The notes below the pieces were generated by a model. It was not told the DNA's origin and searched no databases. It saw only the letters and a program-made list of their open reading frames with translations. This document shows, piece after piece, positions 1 to 8,852 of a stretch of 64,000 bases of DNA. Where the stretch lies: contig CAWDXG010000004.1 in NCBI GenBank assembly GCA_963806225.1, positions 3,136,001 to 3,200,000 of the forward strand, in the 5' to 3' direction. Position numbers and translations under genes: made by a program. Position 1 is the first letter of the stretch. The number at the start of each line of letters is the position of its first letter. The DNA is from an uncultured delta proteobacterium. Its GTDB lineage: Bacteria > Myxococcota_A > Polyangia > Polyangiales > Polyangiaceae.

Positions 1-45
1 AGCGACCAGCGCGGCCAGCGAGAGCAGCTTGAAGCGACGATTCAT
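1..45 (-). CDS. N-terminus of an exported protein (truncated by window edge)
   Basis: Reverse strand from ATG at 45 reads MNRRFKLLSLAALVA, a typical signal-peptide start; runs off the window. Confidence 0.55.
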   Translation of the reverse strand, partial: MNRRFKLLSLAALVA

Positions 46-105
46 GGGCAATACCTGGGACGGGGAGGCAGCGGCGCGTATTCAGGACAGTCCGCTTCTA
101 TTGTC

Positions 106-760
106 CTACGACGCGGGACCCGGAATGTTTCCCTGCGGCGCGTAACGAACAGCGCGACGCTGCGCCCCGGTCAGCGGCCAGCGGTAGGAAATATTCCGCT
201 CGACGTGCCACCCGTCCAGTGCCGGCGGCTCGGCGCGGGCGAGCAGCACCCAGACGCCTCGTGTGGCCAGCCGCGCGCCTTCGACGAGCCAGTCGGCCGG
301 GGCCAGCGTGGCGCGGGACACCGCGACCTGCCAACCGCCGGCAGCGAGCGCGTCGCTGCGCACCCGCTGCACGTCCACCTGACCGAGGCCCAGCGCGCCC
401 ACCGCACTGCGCAGGAACGCGACGCGCTTGGTTCGCGGCTCGACCAGCGTCACGCGGAGCTCCGGCTCGAGCACAGCGAGAACCAGGCCGGGCGCACCAC
501 CGCCGCTGCCGACATCGACCCAGCGCTCGCCCGGCACTACGCCGGCCGCCCAGAGCGTGACGGCGTCAGCGACGTAGAGATCGACCAGCTCGTCGGCGTC
601 GCGGGCCGCAGTCGAGATCGACCCGCGCGTTCCACTCGACCACCAGGTCGAGCAGCTGCTCGAGGGCGGCGGAGGCACGCTCGTCCAGAGATGAGCCGAG
701 CCCGGCGACCGCACGCTCGATGCGCGGCCGCCAGCCGGACCGTGGGCGGGAGAGCGGCAC
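106..760 (-). CDS. rsmG: 16S rRNA (guanine527-N7)-methyltransferase RsmG/GidB (one apparent frameshift near 613)
   Basis: ORF 566-760 (..LLDLVVEWNARVDL) joins the frame of 106-1479 (TAARD..VDVGSGGGAPGL..VEPRTKRVAFL..VSRA); SAM-binding motif and GidB signature motifs. Confidence 0.88.
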
Positions 761-846
761 GGACGAAGGGATAGAACAGCTTGGCTGTCGCGCCCAGGCT
801 CGATATCGACTGTCGGGCCGGAATGCGCTAGGAAGCCAGCGCTGGC

Positions 847-1908
847 ATGACCGACTCGTCTCCCTCCCCTGGCCCGCTGGACCGGCTGGGGCCGCTGCTC
901 CGGCGCGTCACGGGCAGGCCCGAACCAGTGCCCATCGAGGAGATGCCCGGCGGCGCCTCCACCCGGCGTTTCTTCCGCGTCGACCTCGGCGACGGGCAGA
1001 GCGCGGTCGCCATGTTCGTACCCGACGCCACGCAGTCCGACGAGATCGTCAAGGCGGACGAGGGCGGGCGCCGCTGGCCGTTCCTCGAGGTGCGCGACCT
1101 GCTGCACGAGCGGGGCGTCTTGGTGCCGGCGGTGCTGGCCGAGGCCTGCAACGACGGCTTCGTGCTGGTCGAGGATCTGGGCGAGGACACTCTGGCCCGC
1201 TACCTGGAGCAGCATCCGGACCGGCGCGAGCTGCTCTACCGCACGGCGATCCTGGACCTGGCCGCCGCCCAGCGCGAGCTCGCCTCGCTGCCGCAGGGCT
1301 CGATCGTGCGCGCGCGGGCCTTCGACGAGGACCTCCTGCGCTGGGAGGTGGATCACTTCCGCGAGTGGGGGCTCGAGGCCCGTGGCATCCACCTCGAGAG
1401 CGAGGACCACGCGCTGTTCGAGCGCGTCGCGGACCACCTGGCGCGAACCATTGCCGGCTGGAAGCGCGGCTTCGTCCATCGCGACTACCAGAGCCGCAAC
1501 CTGATGGTGCGCGAGCGCGAGGACGGAACGCCGGAGCTCGTCTGGATCGACTTCCAGGACGCGCTGCTCGGGCCGCGCGTGTACGACCTGGTGGCGCTGC
1601 TCAGCGACAGCTACCAGACGTTCGATCGCAGCTTCGTGGAAGCGCGGCTAGACGAGTACGCGGGCGCGCTCGGGTTCGATGCGGCGGAGCGCGCCGCCGT
1701 CGGGCGCGAGTTCGACATGGTGACCGTGCAGCGCAAGCTCAAGGACGCCGGGCGCTTCGTGTTCATCGACCAGGTGAAGAACAACCCGTCGTTCCTCGAG
1801 TTCGTCGAACCGACCATCGACAAGGCTCGCGCTGCGCTGGGCCGGCTCGCCGACGACCCGGAGCTCGCGGCGCTCGAGCGGCTCCTCGACCGCGTGCTGG
1901 GGAGCTAG
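847..1908 (+). CDS. amgK: APH-family phosphotransferase, AmgK-like anomeric MurNAc/GlcNAc kinase
   Basis: Motifs GGASTRRFFR, VEDLG, HRDYQSRNLM, IDFQDALLGPRVYDLVALL and QRKLKDAGRF are typical of AmgK-like proteins. Confidence 0.75.
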   Translation: MTDSSPSPGPLDRLGPLLRRVTGRPEPVPIEEMPGGASTRRFFRVDLGDGQSAVAMFVPDATQSDEIVKADEGGRRWPFLEVRDLLHERGVLVPAVLAEACNDGFVLVEDLGEDTLARYLEQHPDRRELLYRTAILDLAAAQRELASLPQGSIVRARAFDEDLLRWEVDHFREWGLEARGIHLESEDHALFERVADHLARTIAGWKRGFVHRDYQSRNLMVREREDGTPELVWIDFQDALLGPRVYDLVALLSDSYQTFDRSFVEARLDEYAGALGFDAAERAAVGREFDMVTVQRKLKDAGRFVFIDQVKNNPSFLEFVEPTIDKARAALGRLADDPELAALERLLDRVLGS

Positions 1909-2867
1909 CCGAGCCCGGGTGGCGGCTCGCTGCCGTCGACCAGCGAAAGCCAATCGCCGGCCCGGTCGGAATCGCAGAACAGCAGCCAGGCGCGTTCCCC
2001 GACCGCCTGCACACACTCGCGCAGGATCGGCGCAGCGCGCGCGAGGTCCGCGATCGCAAGATCGATGTACGAGTAGCCGAGACCGAGCCCGTTGCCGACG
2101 ACAGAGCCGGCCTGTGCCTTGACGAGCGCAGCGCCGATCGCGTCCTCGAGCGCGCTGCGCTCGGCGAGGCGCTGCTCGTCCGCCCGCCCGCCGCTGTCGA
2201 GCTTCAGGTAGCAGTAGAGCTCGCCGTGCCGCGAGAAGCGCCCCGAGTACAGCGGCAACCCCTGCAGGAAGGCCTTGAGCAGCTCCGGCTCCGACGTGGT
2301 GGCGAGCACAAGATCGTTCTGCGCGGCGACGTCGTCGGCGCGCTCGGGCTCGAGCTCGAACAGCGTCCATTCGCCAGCCCCGGCGCGGGCGTGGTGCGGC
2401 GCGTCCGGCAGACCGGCGAGGAGACCCTCGATGGCGGCGAGCACGGCCGACTGGATGTCCGCGAGCGGCAGAGTCTGTTCGTCGCCGTCGCCCACGACCT
2501 TGAGCGGCCCTCCCCGACCGAGCGGGGCGACATCGATGCCGCCGATCCAGTCATCCACGAGCTGGGCGCCGAACAGCGCATCCGCGACGCGGTCCGCCGT
2601 CTGCCGGGCGCGCTCGTCGCGATTCGACCCGAACGCCGGGTCGAACAGTACGAGATCGAGCAGGTGTCCGCGGGAGAAGCCGGCCCGGGCGCGCGCCTTT
2701 CCGATCTCGATACCGTCCGCGCGGAGTCCGGCCAGCGCCGCGTCGAAAGCGGGCAGCTCGCGGAAGCTCTCGCGTTCGGCGGCCACCTGCTCCAGCTCCT
2801 CGGCCGACCGCCGTGTGAACAGACCTTCCACGATTCGATCGGAGCGCCAGCGCCCGGCAGGCGTCAA
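1905..2867 (-). CDS. conserved hypothetical protein (start uncertain)
   Basis: 320-aa ORF with protein-like composition (RFSRHGELYCYLKLD, GNGLGLGYSYIDL); converges on amgK with a 4-nt overlap. Confidence 0.6.
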   Translation of the reverse strand: MTPAGRWRSDRIVEGLFTRRSAEELEQVAAERESFRELPAFDAALAGLRADGIEIGKARARAGFSRGHLLDLVLFDPAFGSNRDERARQTADRVADALFGAQLVDDWIGGIDVAPLGRGGPLKVVGDGDEQTLPLADIQSAVLAAIEGLLAGLPDAPHHARAGAGEWTLFELEPERADDVAAQNDLVLATTSEPELLKAFLQGLPLYSGRFSRHGELYCYLKLDSGGRADEQRLAERSALEDAIGAALVKAQAGSVVGNGLGLGYSYIDLAIADLARAAPILRECVQAVGERAWLLFCDSDRAGDWLSLVDGSEPPPGLG

Positions 2868-3012
2868 GCCATGGCGCGCAGCTCCGCGGGATCGAAGCCG
2901 GATTTAACGCCGGAGCCGCGAGCGGCATTCGAGCTGTAGGCAATGCCGCGGCTCGAGCGTTTGGAATATGAACCCACGCGCCGCGCGCATGTCGAACCTG
3001 GATAGAGCTCCC

Positions 3013-3375
3013 ATGACCACCCGGACCCTGTATCGCCCCGTCGGCTCGGCCGAGCTGTCGCAGATCGCGGCGCGCGGGTATCGCCGGTTTCCGCCTCGGC
3101 TCTCCGACCAGGCATACTTCTATCCGGTCCGGACCCGGGCCTACGCCGAGCAGATCGCGCGTGACTGGAACGCCCGCGGCAGCGGCCCGGGCTACGTGGC
3201 GCGCTTCGAGGTGTCTGCGGAATTCCTCGACGGCTACCAGGTGCGGGTCGTCGGTGCGCGGATCCACGAGGAGTACTGGATCCCCGCCGAGTGCCTCGAG
3301 GACTTCAACGACGCGATCGTCGGCAGGATCGAGATCGTAGCCGAGTTCAGGAACGCCGAATCGGCATCGGCCTAG
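3013..3375 (+). CDS. small protein of the family often labelled ADP-ribosylation/crystallin J1 (possible ART-like fold)
   Basis: TLYRPVG..EL..I..FPPRL..Q.YFYPV..YAEQIARDWN..GYVARFEV..HEEYWIPAE..FN.AIVG.IE pattern. Confidence 0.7.
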   Translation: MTTRTLYRPVGSAELSQIAARGYRRFPPRLSDQAYFYPVRTRAYAEQIARDWNARGSGPGYVARFEVSAEFLDGYQVRVVGARIHEEYWIPAECLEDFNDAIVGRIEIVAEFRNAESASA

Positions 3376-3938
3376 CGTCGGCCCATCCGGACGACCTCGA
3401 CGCGCACCGGGACCACGCCCGCGCGCAGCATCCCCAGCTGTCGTGCGGCCGCTTTCGAGAGATCGAGGATGCGCTTGCTGCTGCCGAACGGACCGCGATC
3501 GTTGACGCGGACGTACACGGTGGGGCCGCGTGGCTCGCGCGTCACGCGCAACACGCTGCCGAACGGCAGGCTGCGGTGCGCGGCGGTGAACGCGCCAGGA
3601 TCGTAGCGATCACCGTTGGCCGTGTGATGACCGGCGAGCGAGTCGGCGTAGTAGGTCGCCTCGCCCGTGAGCACCCGGAGCGAGGGCGCGTTCGCATAGC
3701 GCGCGGCCAGCGAGCGCTCGGCAGGCTCTGCATCCGGCGAAACGCTGCGGGCGGCGCGGGCGTCGGGCCCCGGCGGTCCAAGCGCGGGATCGCCCGGTGC
3801 GCCGCCGCCGGGCGGCGGCTCGGCCATGCCGTACGGTGGGGGATCGCCGCCGTACGGCAAGGGCGTCTCCGGCACGTGCTGGCAGGCGAGGAGCAGCGCC
3901 GCCGGCACCAGCAGCAGAACCGGGCACGTCACGGGCAT
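3372..3938 (-). CDS. rlpA: septal ring lytic transglycosylase RlpA family lipoprotein (DPBB domain)
   Basis: Lipobox LLAC; GEATYY, TANGDRYD, TAAHRSLPFGS, VRVNDRGPF, RILDLSKAAA. Confidence 0.9.
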   Translation of the reverse strand: MPVTCPVLLLVPAALLLACQHVPETPLPYGGDPPPYGMAEPPPGGGAPGDPALGPPGPDARAARSVSPDAEPAERSLAARYANAPSLRVLTGEATYYADSLAGHHTANGDRYDPGAFTAAHRSLPFGSVLRVTREPRGPTVYVRVNDRGPFGSSKRILDLSKAAARQLGMLRAGVVPVRVEVVRMGRR

Positions 3939-3987
3939 CGGCCCGGAGTGTGAAGCCAGTGCGCCCAGCTCCGCAAGTCTGCTGTGC

Positions 3988-5256
3988 TCAGCCCTGCGGG
4001 ACCTTCGGGCGCTGCACGCTCTCGGGCACGTAGCGCCACACGATGAGAGCTCCCACGATCGCCGCGCAGCCCGCGATCAAGAACGGCAGATTGAAAAAGA
4101 CCATGGCGAAGACGCCCGCTGTGAGCGGCCCCAGCGCCAGCCCCAGTCCGAACCCCATCGTGATGACGCTCATCTGGCGCCCTTCGCCACCCACTCGCGC
4201 GAGATCCGCGGCCAGCGCGAACGCCGGAGCGGCGATGCCGGCGGACGCCGCACCCTGCACAATCCGGAGCGCGGTGAGCTGTGCCGTCGAAGCGACCAGC
4301 CCGAGCGGCGCAGTGGCCAGTGCCAGGACTACCAGACCCCAGACGATCAGCGGCTTGCGTCCGATGCGATCGGAGAGGCGGCCGAGCGGGATCTGGAAGA
4401 TCAAGCGGCTGACCATCAGCGAGCTGAACGCGACCCCGAAAGCGAAGGCGGTCTCCTCGAGCCTCTCGTTGAACTGCTTTTCGAGCGTGGTCATCATGGA
4501 AAACGCGGCCGCCATCACGAACGTTGCAGCACCCAGACCTAGGATGCCGGGAGTCAATAGCTTCCGATCGAAGAACGGCACCCGGCGCCCTTCCTCCATC
4601 GGGACGTTCGCGGGCGTGTCCTTCACCCACAGCTGCACCAGCAACATCGCGAGCAGCACGAAAGCTGTCCCGGCATAGAAGGCGGCGTCGAAACCGAAGC
4701 GATCGTAGAGGAAACCGCCGAGCAGCGGACCGCTTGCGAAACCGACCATGCGCATCGAACTGTAGACGCCCATGGATCCGCCACGGCTGTGCTTGACCGT
4801 CGAGGCGGTCATGATCGCCATCGAAGCGGGAATGGTGAGCGCCACGCCAACGCCCTGCAGAGCGCGCAGCAGGAGCAGGTGCGTGAAGCGCGACGCGACC
4901 GCGAAGGTCAGCGTGCCGCCCGCCATCAACAGCAGCCCCAGCTGGATGAACAGCTTGCGGCGGTTGAAGCGGTCGGTCAGAAACCCCCCCACGGGCTGGA
5001 AGACCGAGTTGACCAACCCGTAGAGCGAGATCAGGATGCCAACCCGGACGGTTTCCGGTACCGGGAACCACGGCGCGGGCAGCTTCGCGACGTACAGCGG
5101 GATGATCACGAACAGGATGCTGTTGCCGATCGCGTCGCCGAGGCGCGCCAGCGACAGCGCCAGCACGGCGGGATGGGCACCGATGCGCTCGGCAAACCCC
5201 GGCTGACCCGCGTGGGCCCGCTCGGCCAGGGACGGGTCAGGCGCGGCGGGCGGCAT
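3988..5256 (-). CDS. MFS transporter (DHA1/TetA-like)
   Basis: About 12 hydrophobic segments; motif A variants GFLTDRFNRRK and GRLSDRIGRK; RALQGVG. Confidence 0.88.
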   Translation of the reverse strand: MPPAAPDPSLAERAHAGQPGFAERIGAHPAVLALSLARLGDAIGNSILFVIIPLYVAKLPAPWFPVPETVRVGILISLYGLVNSVFQPVGGFLTDRFNRRKLFIQLGLLLMAGGTLTFAVASRFTHLLLLRALQGVGVALTIPASMAIMTASTVKHSRGGSMGVYSSMRMVGFASGPLLGGFLYDRFGFDAAFYAGTAFVLLAMLLVQLWVKDTPANVPMEEGRRVPFFDRKLLTPGILGLGAATFVMAAAFSMMTTLEKQFNERLEETAFAFGVAFSSLMVSRLIFQIPLGRLSDRIGRKPLIVWGLVVLALATAPLGLVASTAQLTALRIVQGAASAGIAAPAFALAADLARVGGEGRQMSVITMGFGLGLALGPLTAGVFAMVFFNLPFLIAGCAAIVGALIVWRYVPESVQRPKVPQG

Positions 5257-5364
5257 CCCTCATGGGTTAACGAGATCGCGGCGCGCAGGCAAACGACGCG
5301 ACACGGCGCGTCTCGATCGCCCCCCGCATGGGCGGGCGTGGTGCTGCCCGGACGGCAGATCCAG

Positions 5365-6984
5365 CTAGCGACAGAGCTGTTGCCGGCGCGCCTGCTGGGC
5401 CAGCGAGCAGCTGAAACCGCTCACTTCACACGACGCCACCCAGCGCCCCTGGTGGCCGCACGCGGGCGCGCCTTTCTGCCAGCCCTCGTCCGCCCAGCAG
5501 TGCGTCGGATAGCCGAGGGTGGTCAGCGCCTTGCAGCCCTCGGAGACGACCTCGTCCTTGCGTGTCTGCTGGCCGTCGCAATCGTAGTCGAAGCTGCCGT
5601 CGCCGCGATGCTGCGCGAAGTAGCGCGTCTGGCCCGGATGTGCTTCGGGGTTCGAGTCGTAGCAGTCCAGCGAGTTGGCGACGTAGCCCGGCGGCTGGTG
5701 GTTCGCGCGCTTCATCACGTGCGGATCGCCGTAGCCGTCGTGATCGCGGTCGATGTACCAGGCCGGCTCGGCGCACGGCAGCGCGCGATCGTTGGCGAGA
5801 TCGGTGAGCCGCCGCTCGAGCGGTTCCGCTACGTCGGCGAGCACGCTGTGCAGTCGGTTGTCTTGCTTCGCGTCGCTGAGCAGTGTCTCGAGCAGACTGC
5901 GGGTCTCGCACACCTGGCGCCCCGGCTTCTTCGCGACCAGCTCGCTGGACGCGCCGTCGAACGCCTCGAGCGCCTTCAGCAGCGAGCTCTGCTCACTGCT
6001 GCTGAATGCCTCGTCGGAGCGCGCCACGACGTCGCGGAGCTTTTCCGCACCGGCCGGCACCTTGTCGAGCTCTCGTCCTGCTGCGGTCTGCAGACCCAGC
6101 TCGCGCAGGCTTGCGATCGCGGTGCGGCGCGTGCGCGCTGCCGCCACCTTGCGGCAGGTCCCCGCCGACTCGAACGCGGGGCGGGCGTGTTCCAACAGGG
6201 CAGCGATATTCAGCTTCTGCTTGGCCTGGATCTCGAACCGGGCGCTGTCGCTCTGGCTCTGCTTGACCTTGAAACCCGCCACGCCCTTCATCAGCGACAG
6301 CCCGGCGCCGGCCGCCTGCTCATCCAGGAAGTGCACCGTGATGACCGGAACGGCGGCGAGCACCTTGGCCGTGTAGACCAGGTCCCCCTTGTGACCGGCC
6401 GGGGCGCACAGGCTCGTGATGCACGTCTCGAGCGCTTCGCGCGCTTTGGGCTCCTGTTCGGCGGATTCGTACTGTTGACCCAGGATTTCGGCGACGCTGG
6501 ACAGCACGCGGATCTCGGCGTCGGACAGCGTGACCTTGACCTCGACTCGCTGCCCGGAGCTCCCCGCCGCGTCCAGCTTGGGCGCCCAGGGGCCGAGAAA
6601 CCCGAGATCCAGCGTGCCGCCTGCGGCGAGCGTGCGGACAGCGCTGTAGCTGAACGCCATGTCGGCCGCGGAGCGGACGTTCATGCGCACGCGGCTGGCG
6701 CGCTTGGCGTCGCCAGCGAAGCAGCCGTTGATGAAGTCCGAACGTTCCGGGTTCTTCGCGGTGCCGTAGAAGCCGGTGACGAGGAAGTTCGGCACGCTCA
6801 GGCACTCGAAGCTAGCCGTGTCGGCTGCGTGGCCAAGCGCCGCGTGCACCGAAGCGCACCAGCTCGGCAGGGTCGGGGGCGCGGGCGGTACGGGTGGGGC
6901 GGCCGGCACGCGCGGCGGGTCCGGTTTCGCGCAGGCGCCGAACGCCAGGAGCACAAGAGCCGTCAGGGCGGACAAGCGGGACAT
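5365..6984 (-). CDS. lipoprotein with an uncharacterised N-terminal beta-rich domain, a helical region and a C-terminal MopE-like/Cys-rich metal-binding repeat
   Basis: Signal MSRLSALTALVLLAFGAC; Pro-rich linker; C-terminal WYIDRDHDGYGD..DCYDSNPEAHPG..DYDCDG motif. Confidence 0.75.
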   Translation of the reverse strand: MSRLSALTALVLLAFGACAKPDPPRVPAAPPVPPAPPTLPSWCASVHAALGHAADTASFECLSVPNFLVTGFYGTAKNPERSDFINGCFAGDAKRASRVRMNVRSAADMAFSYSAVRTLAAGGTLDLGFLGPWAPKLDAAGSSGQRVEVKVTLSDAEIRVLSSVAEILGQQYESAEQEPKAREALETCITSLCAPAGHKGDLVYTAKVLAAVPVITVHFLDEQAAGAGLSLMKGVAGFKVKQSQSDSARFEIQAKQKLNIAALLEHARPAFESAGTCRKVAAARTRRTAIASLRELGLQTAAGRELDKVPAGAEKLRDVVARSDEAFSSSEQSSLLKALEAFDGASSELVAKKPGRQVCETRSLLETLLSDAKQDNRLHSVLADVAEPLERRLTDLANDRALPCAEPAWYIDRDHDGYGDPHVMKRANHQPPGYVANSLDCYDSNPEAHPGQTRYFAQHRGDGSFDYDCDGQQTRKDEVVSEGCKALTTLGYPTHCWADEGWQKGAPACGHQGRWVASCEVSGFSCSLAQQARRQQLCR

Positions 6985-7174
6985 GACAACCGACCGCGAG
7001 GGTAGCACCACCGAGAAGCGCCGCCTCACTCCGAACCGAGTGGTTCCAGGCCGCCCCTCCCCCGACGCGGCGTAGCACAAGTCGCGCGTGCTTCTGCCTG
7101 CCCGCGGGCGGCTCCGGGTACTCCACTAGATAGAGCCCTCGATCCGGCCCCGAGCCGGACCCTGCCAACAAGGA

Positions 7175-7933
7175 GTGACCATGGCTTTCTTTTCGCGCGT
7201 ACTCGTCCCAGCGGCGCTGGGCGCCTTCGGCGTTGCGATGATGCTCGGCGGATGCGGCGGTTCCAGCAGCGCAAGCCTGGGCAACGGCGGCAGCGGAGCC
7301 ACCGGCGCGGGCGGCAGCTCCTCCGGCGGCAGCGGCGCGGGCACCGGTGTAGGTGGAGGTGGGCCCTGCTCGAGCACCGGCCAGTGTGCTCCGCCGACCC
7401 CGTACTGCGATACGGGAGCCAAGCAATGCGTGCAGTGCCTGGGTGACGCCAACTGCGGCAACTTCGGCGGCCAGCGCTACTGCGACACGACGACCCATAG
7501 CTGCGTGCAGTGTACGACCAACGCACAGTGCGGCGGACAGAACCCGTACTGTTCGCCCAACCACCGCTGCGTCGAGTGCCTGGCGGCCGCAAACTGCGGC
7601 GGCGGCAACATGACCTGCGACACGCTGACGAACCGCTGCGTGCAGTCGTGCCAGTCGAACGGCGACTGCGGCGGCGATGTCCCCTACTGCAGCACCACGC
7701 GCCACGTGTGCGTGCAATGCCTGGGCGACGCGAACTGCAGCAACACCGGCCGACCCTACTGCGCAACGGCGACAAGCACGTGCGTGGAGTGCATGACCGA
7801 CGCCAACTGTGGCGACCCGGGGCAACCCTACTGCCAACAGGACCGCCACCGCTGCGTGGAGTGCCTCACGGACGCCAACTGCCCACAAGGCGAGACCTGC
7901 GACCCGCAGGACTTCCAGTGCAGAGGCGGCTGA
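7175..7933 (+). CDS. Cys-rich repeat lipoprotein (myxobacterial type)
   Basis: Signal ending LGGC; Gly/Ser linker; eight ~22-25-aa repeats of the form C..DANC...PYC......CV(Q/E); SD AAGGAG positioned for a start at 7181. Confidence 0.85.
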   Translation: MTMAFFSRVLVPAALGAFGVAMMLGGCGGSSSASLGNGGSGATGAGGSSSGGSGAGTGVGGGGPCSSTGQCAPPTPYCDTGAKQCVQCLGDANCGNFGGQRYCDTTTHSCVQCTTNAQCGGQNPYCSPNHRCVECLAAANCGGGNMTCDTLTNRCVQSCQSNGDCGGDVPYCSTTRHVCVQCLGDANCSNTGRPYCATATSTCVECMTDANCGDPGQPYCQQDRHRCVECLTDANCPQGETCDPQDFQCRGG

Positions 7934-7934
7934 T

Positions 7935-8795
7935 TCACCCGCCGAACGTGGCGAGCGCGCCCGCGACCCAGGTCGGTCGCGGCGCGCCCAGCACGTCGGA
8001 GTAGTCGACAAGCTGGAGCTCGTGCACCCCGGCCTGGACGGGGCCGGAGCCGAGCAGCGCGCGCAGCACCGGACCCGTGTCGCGGAAATCCGAACGCACG
8101 CGCGTCGACAGCTCGATGAACCCGGACAGGTCGGCGGCAGCCAGCCGCGCGAAGGCGGTCTCGACCCAGCCGCGGGCCGTCTCGAGCGTGCGCGGATCGC
8201 TGTCGTCGAGCCGCTCGGGCCCGGGAGTGCCGTAGCCGGCTCCGTGGTGGACGGGATCGGCGGTCGCCACGACGACCGCGCCCGCTTCGCGCAGCCGCAC
8301 AAGCTCGTCGAGACCTGGAAGCTCCTCCGGGTCCGATCCGACGAGGAACGGATAGCGCGCGATCACGCGCGGCGGCGGACGCCCCTCGCGGCGCGCCGCG
8401 AGCGCCAGCAGCGCCTCGAAGCCATCGAGCGAGAACTCCTCGGTCCAGTGACCGGCGTCACCAGCCACGTCCGGTCCGTGCACACGTCGGAGAGCCGCAC
8501 GAGCGCCCGGCTCGCCACGCCGGGCCGCCTCGACGAGCGCGGCGTCCTGCTCCCGCGCGCGATGGAGCACGCCGAGCGCCAGCACGGTGTCGGCGCCCGA
8601 GCGCAGAACCGCCCGGGCAGCTGCGGCCGCGAGCCGTCCCGAGCTCGACAGACGCGTGTGCGGGAACACCAGCGCACCGCCCACGGGGATCTCGACCTGG
8701 CTCGCTTCGGTCAGCCGCTCTTCGAGCCCCGCGAGGCCGAGCGCCGCTCGCTCGCCCTCGTAGAAGCGTTTCCAGCGCCGGGCGCTCCAGGCCAT
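7935..8795 (-). CDS. divergent MEMO1/AmmeMemoRadiSam protein B-like protein
   Basis: C-terminal part of ORF 7935-9782; motifs VFPHT..SG..AA, LALGVLH, EEFSLD and VATADPVHHG resemble PHAG/EHSLE/SSDLSHY of the MEMO family. Confidence 0.55.
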   Translation of the reverse strand: MAWSARRWKRFYEGERAALGLAGLEERLTEASQVEIPVGGALVFPHTRLSSSGRLAAAAARAVLRSGADTVLALGVLHRAREQDAALVEAARRGEPGARAALRRVHGPDVAGDAGHWTEEFSLDGFEALLALAARREGRPPPRVIARYPFLVGSDPEELPGLDELVRLREAGAVVVATADPVHHGAGYGTPGPERLDDSDPRTLETARGWVETAFARLAAADLSGFIELSTRVRSDFRDTGPVLRALLGSGPVQAGVHELQLVDYSDVLGAPRPTWVAGALATFGG

Positions 8796-8852
8796 CGGAG
8801 AGCCAGGCTCGCACGCCGGCCGGGAGCGGTAAACCGTGATACTGCGTCGGGC

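Noticed and set aside
106..760. rsmG as a marker of the replication origin
   Set aside because: No mnmG, parAB, dnaA or DnaA-box cluster is visible in the window.
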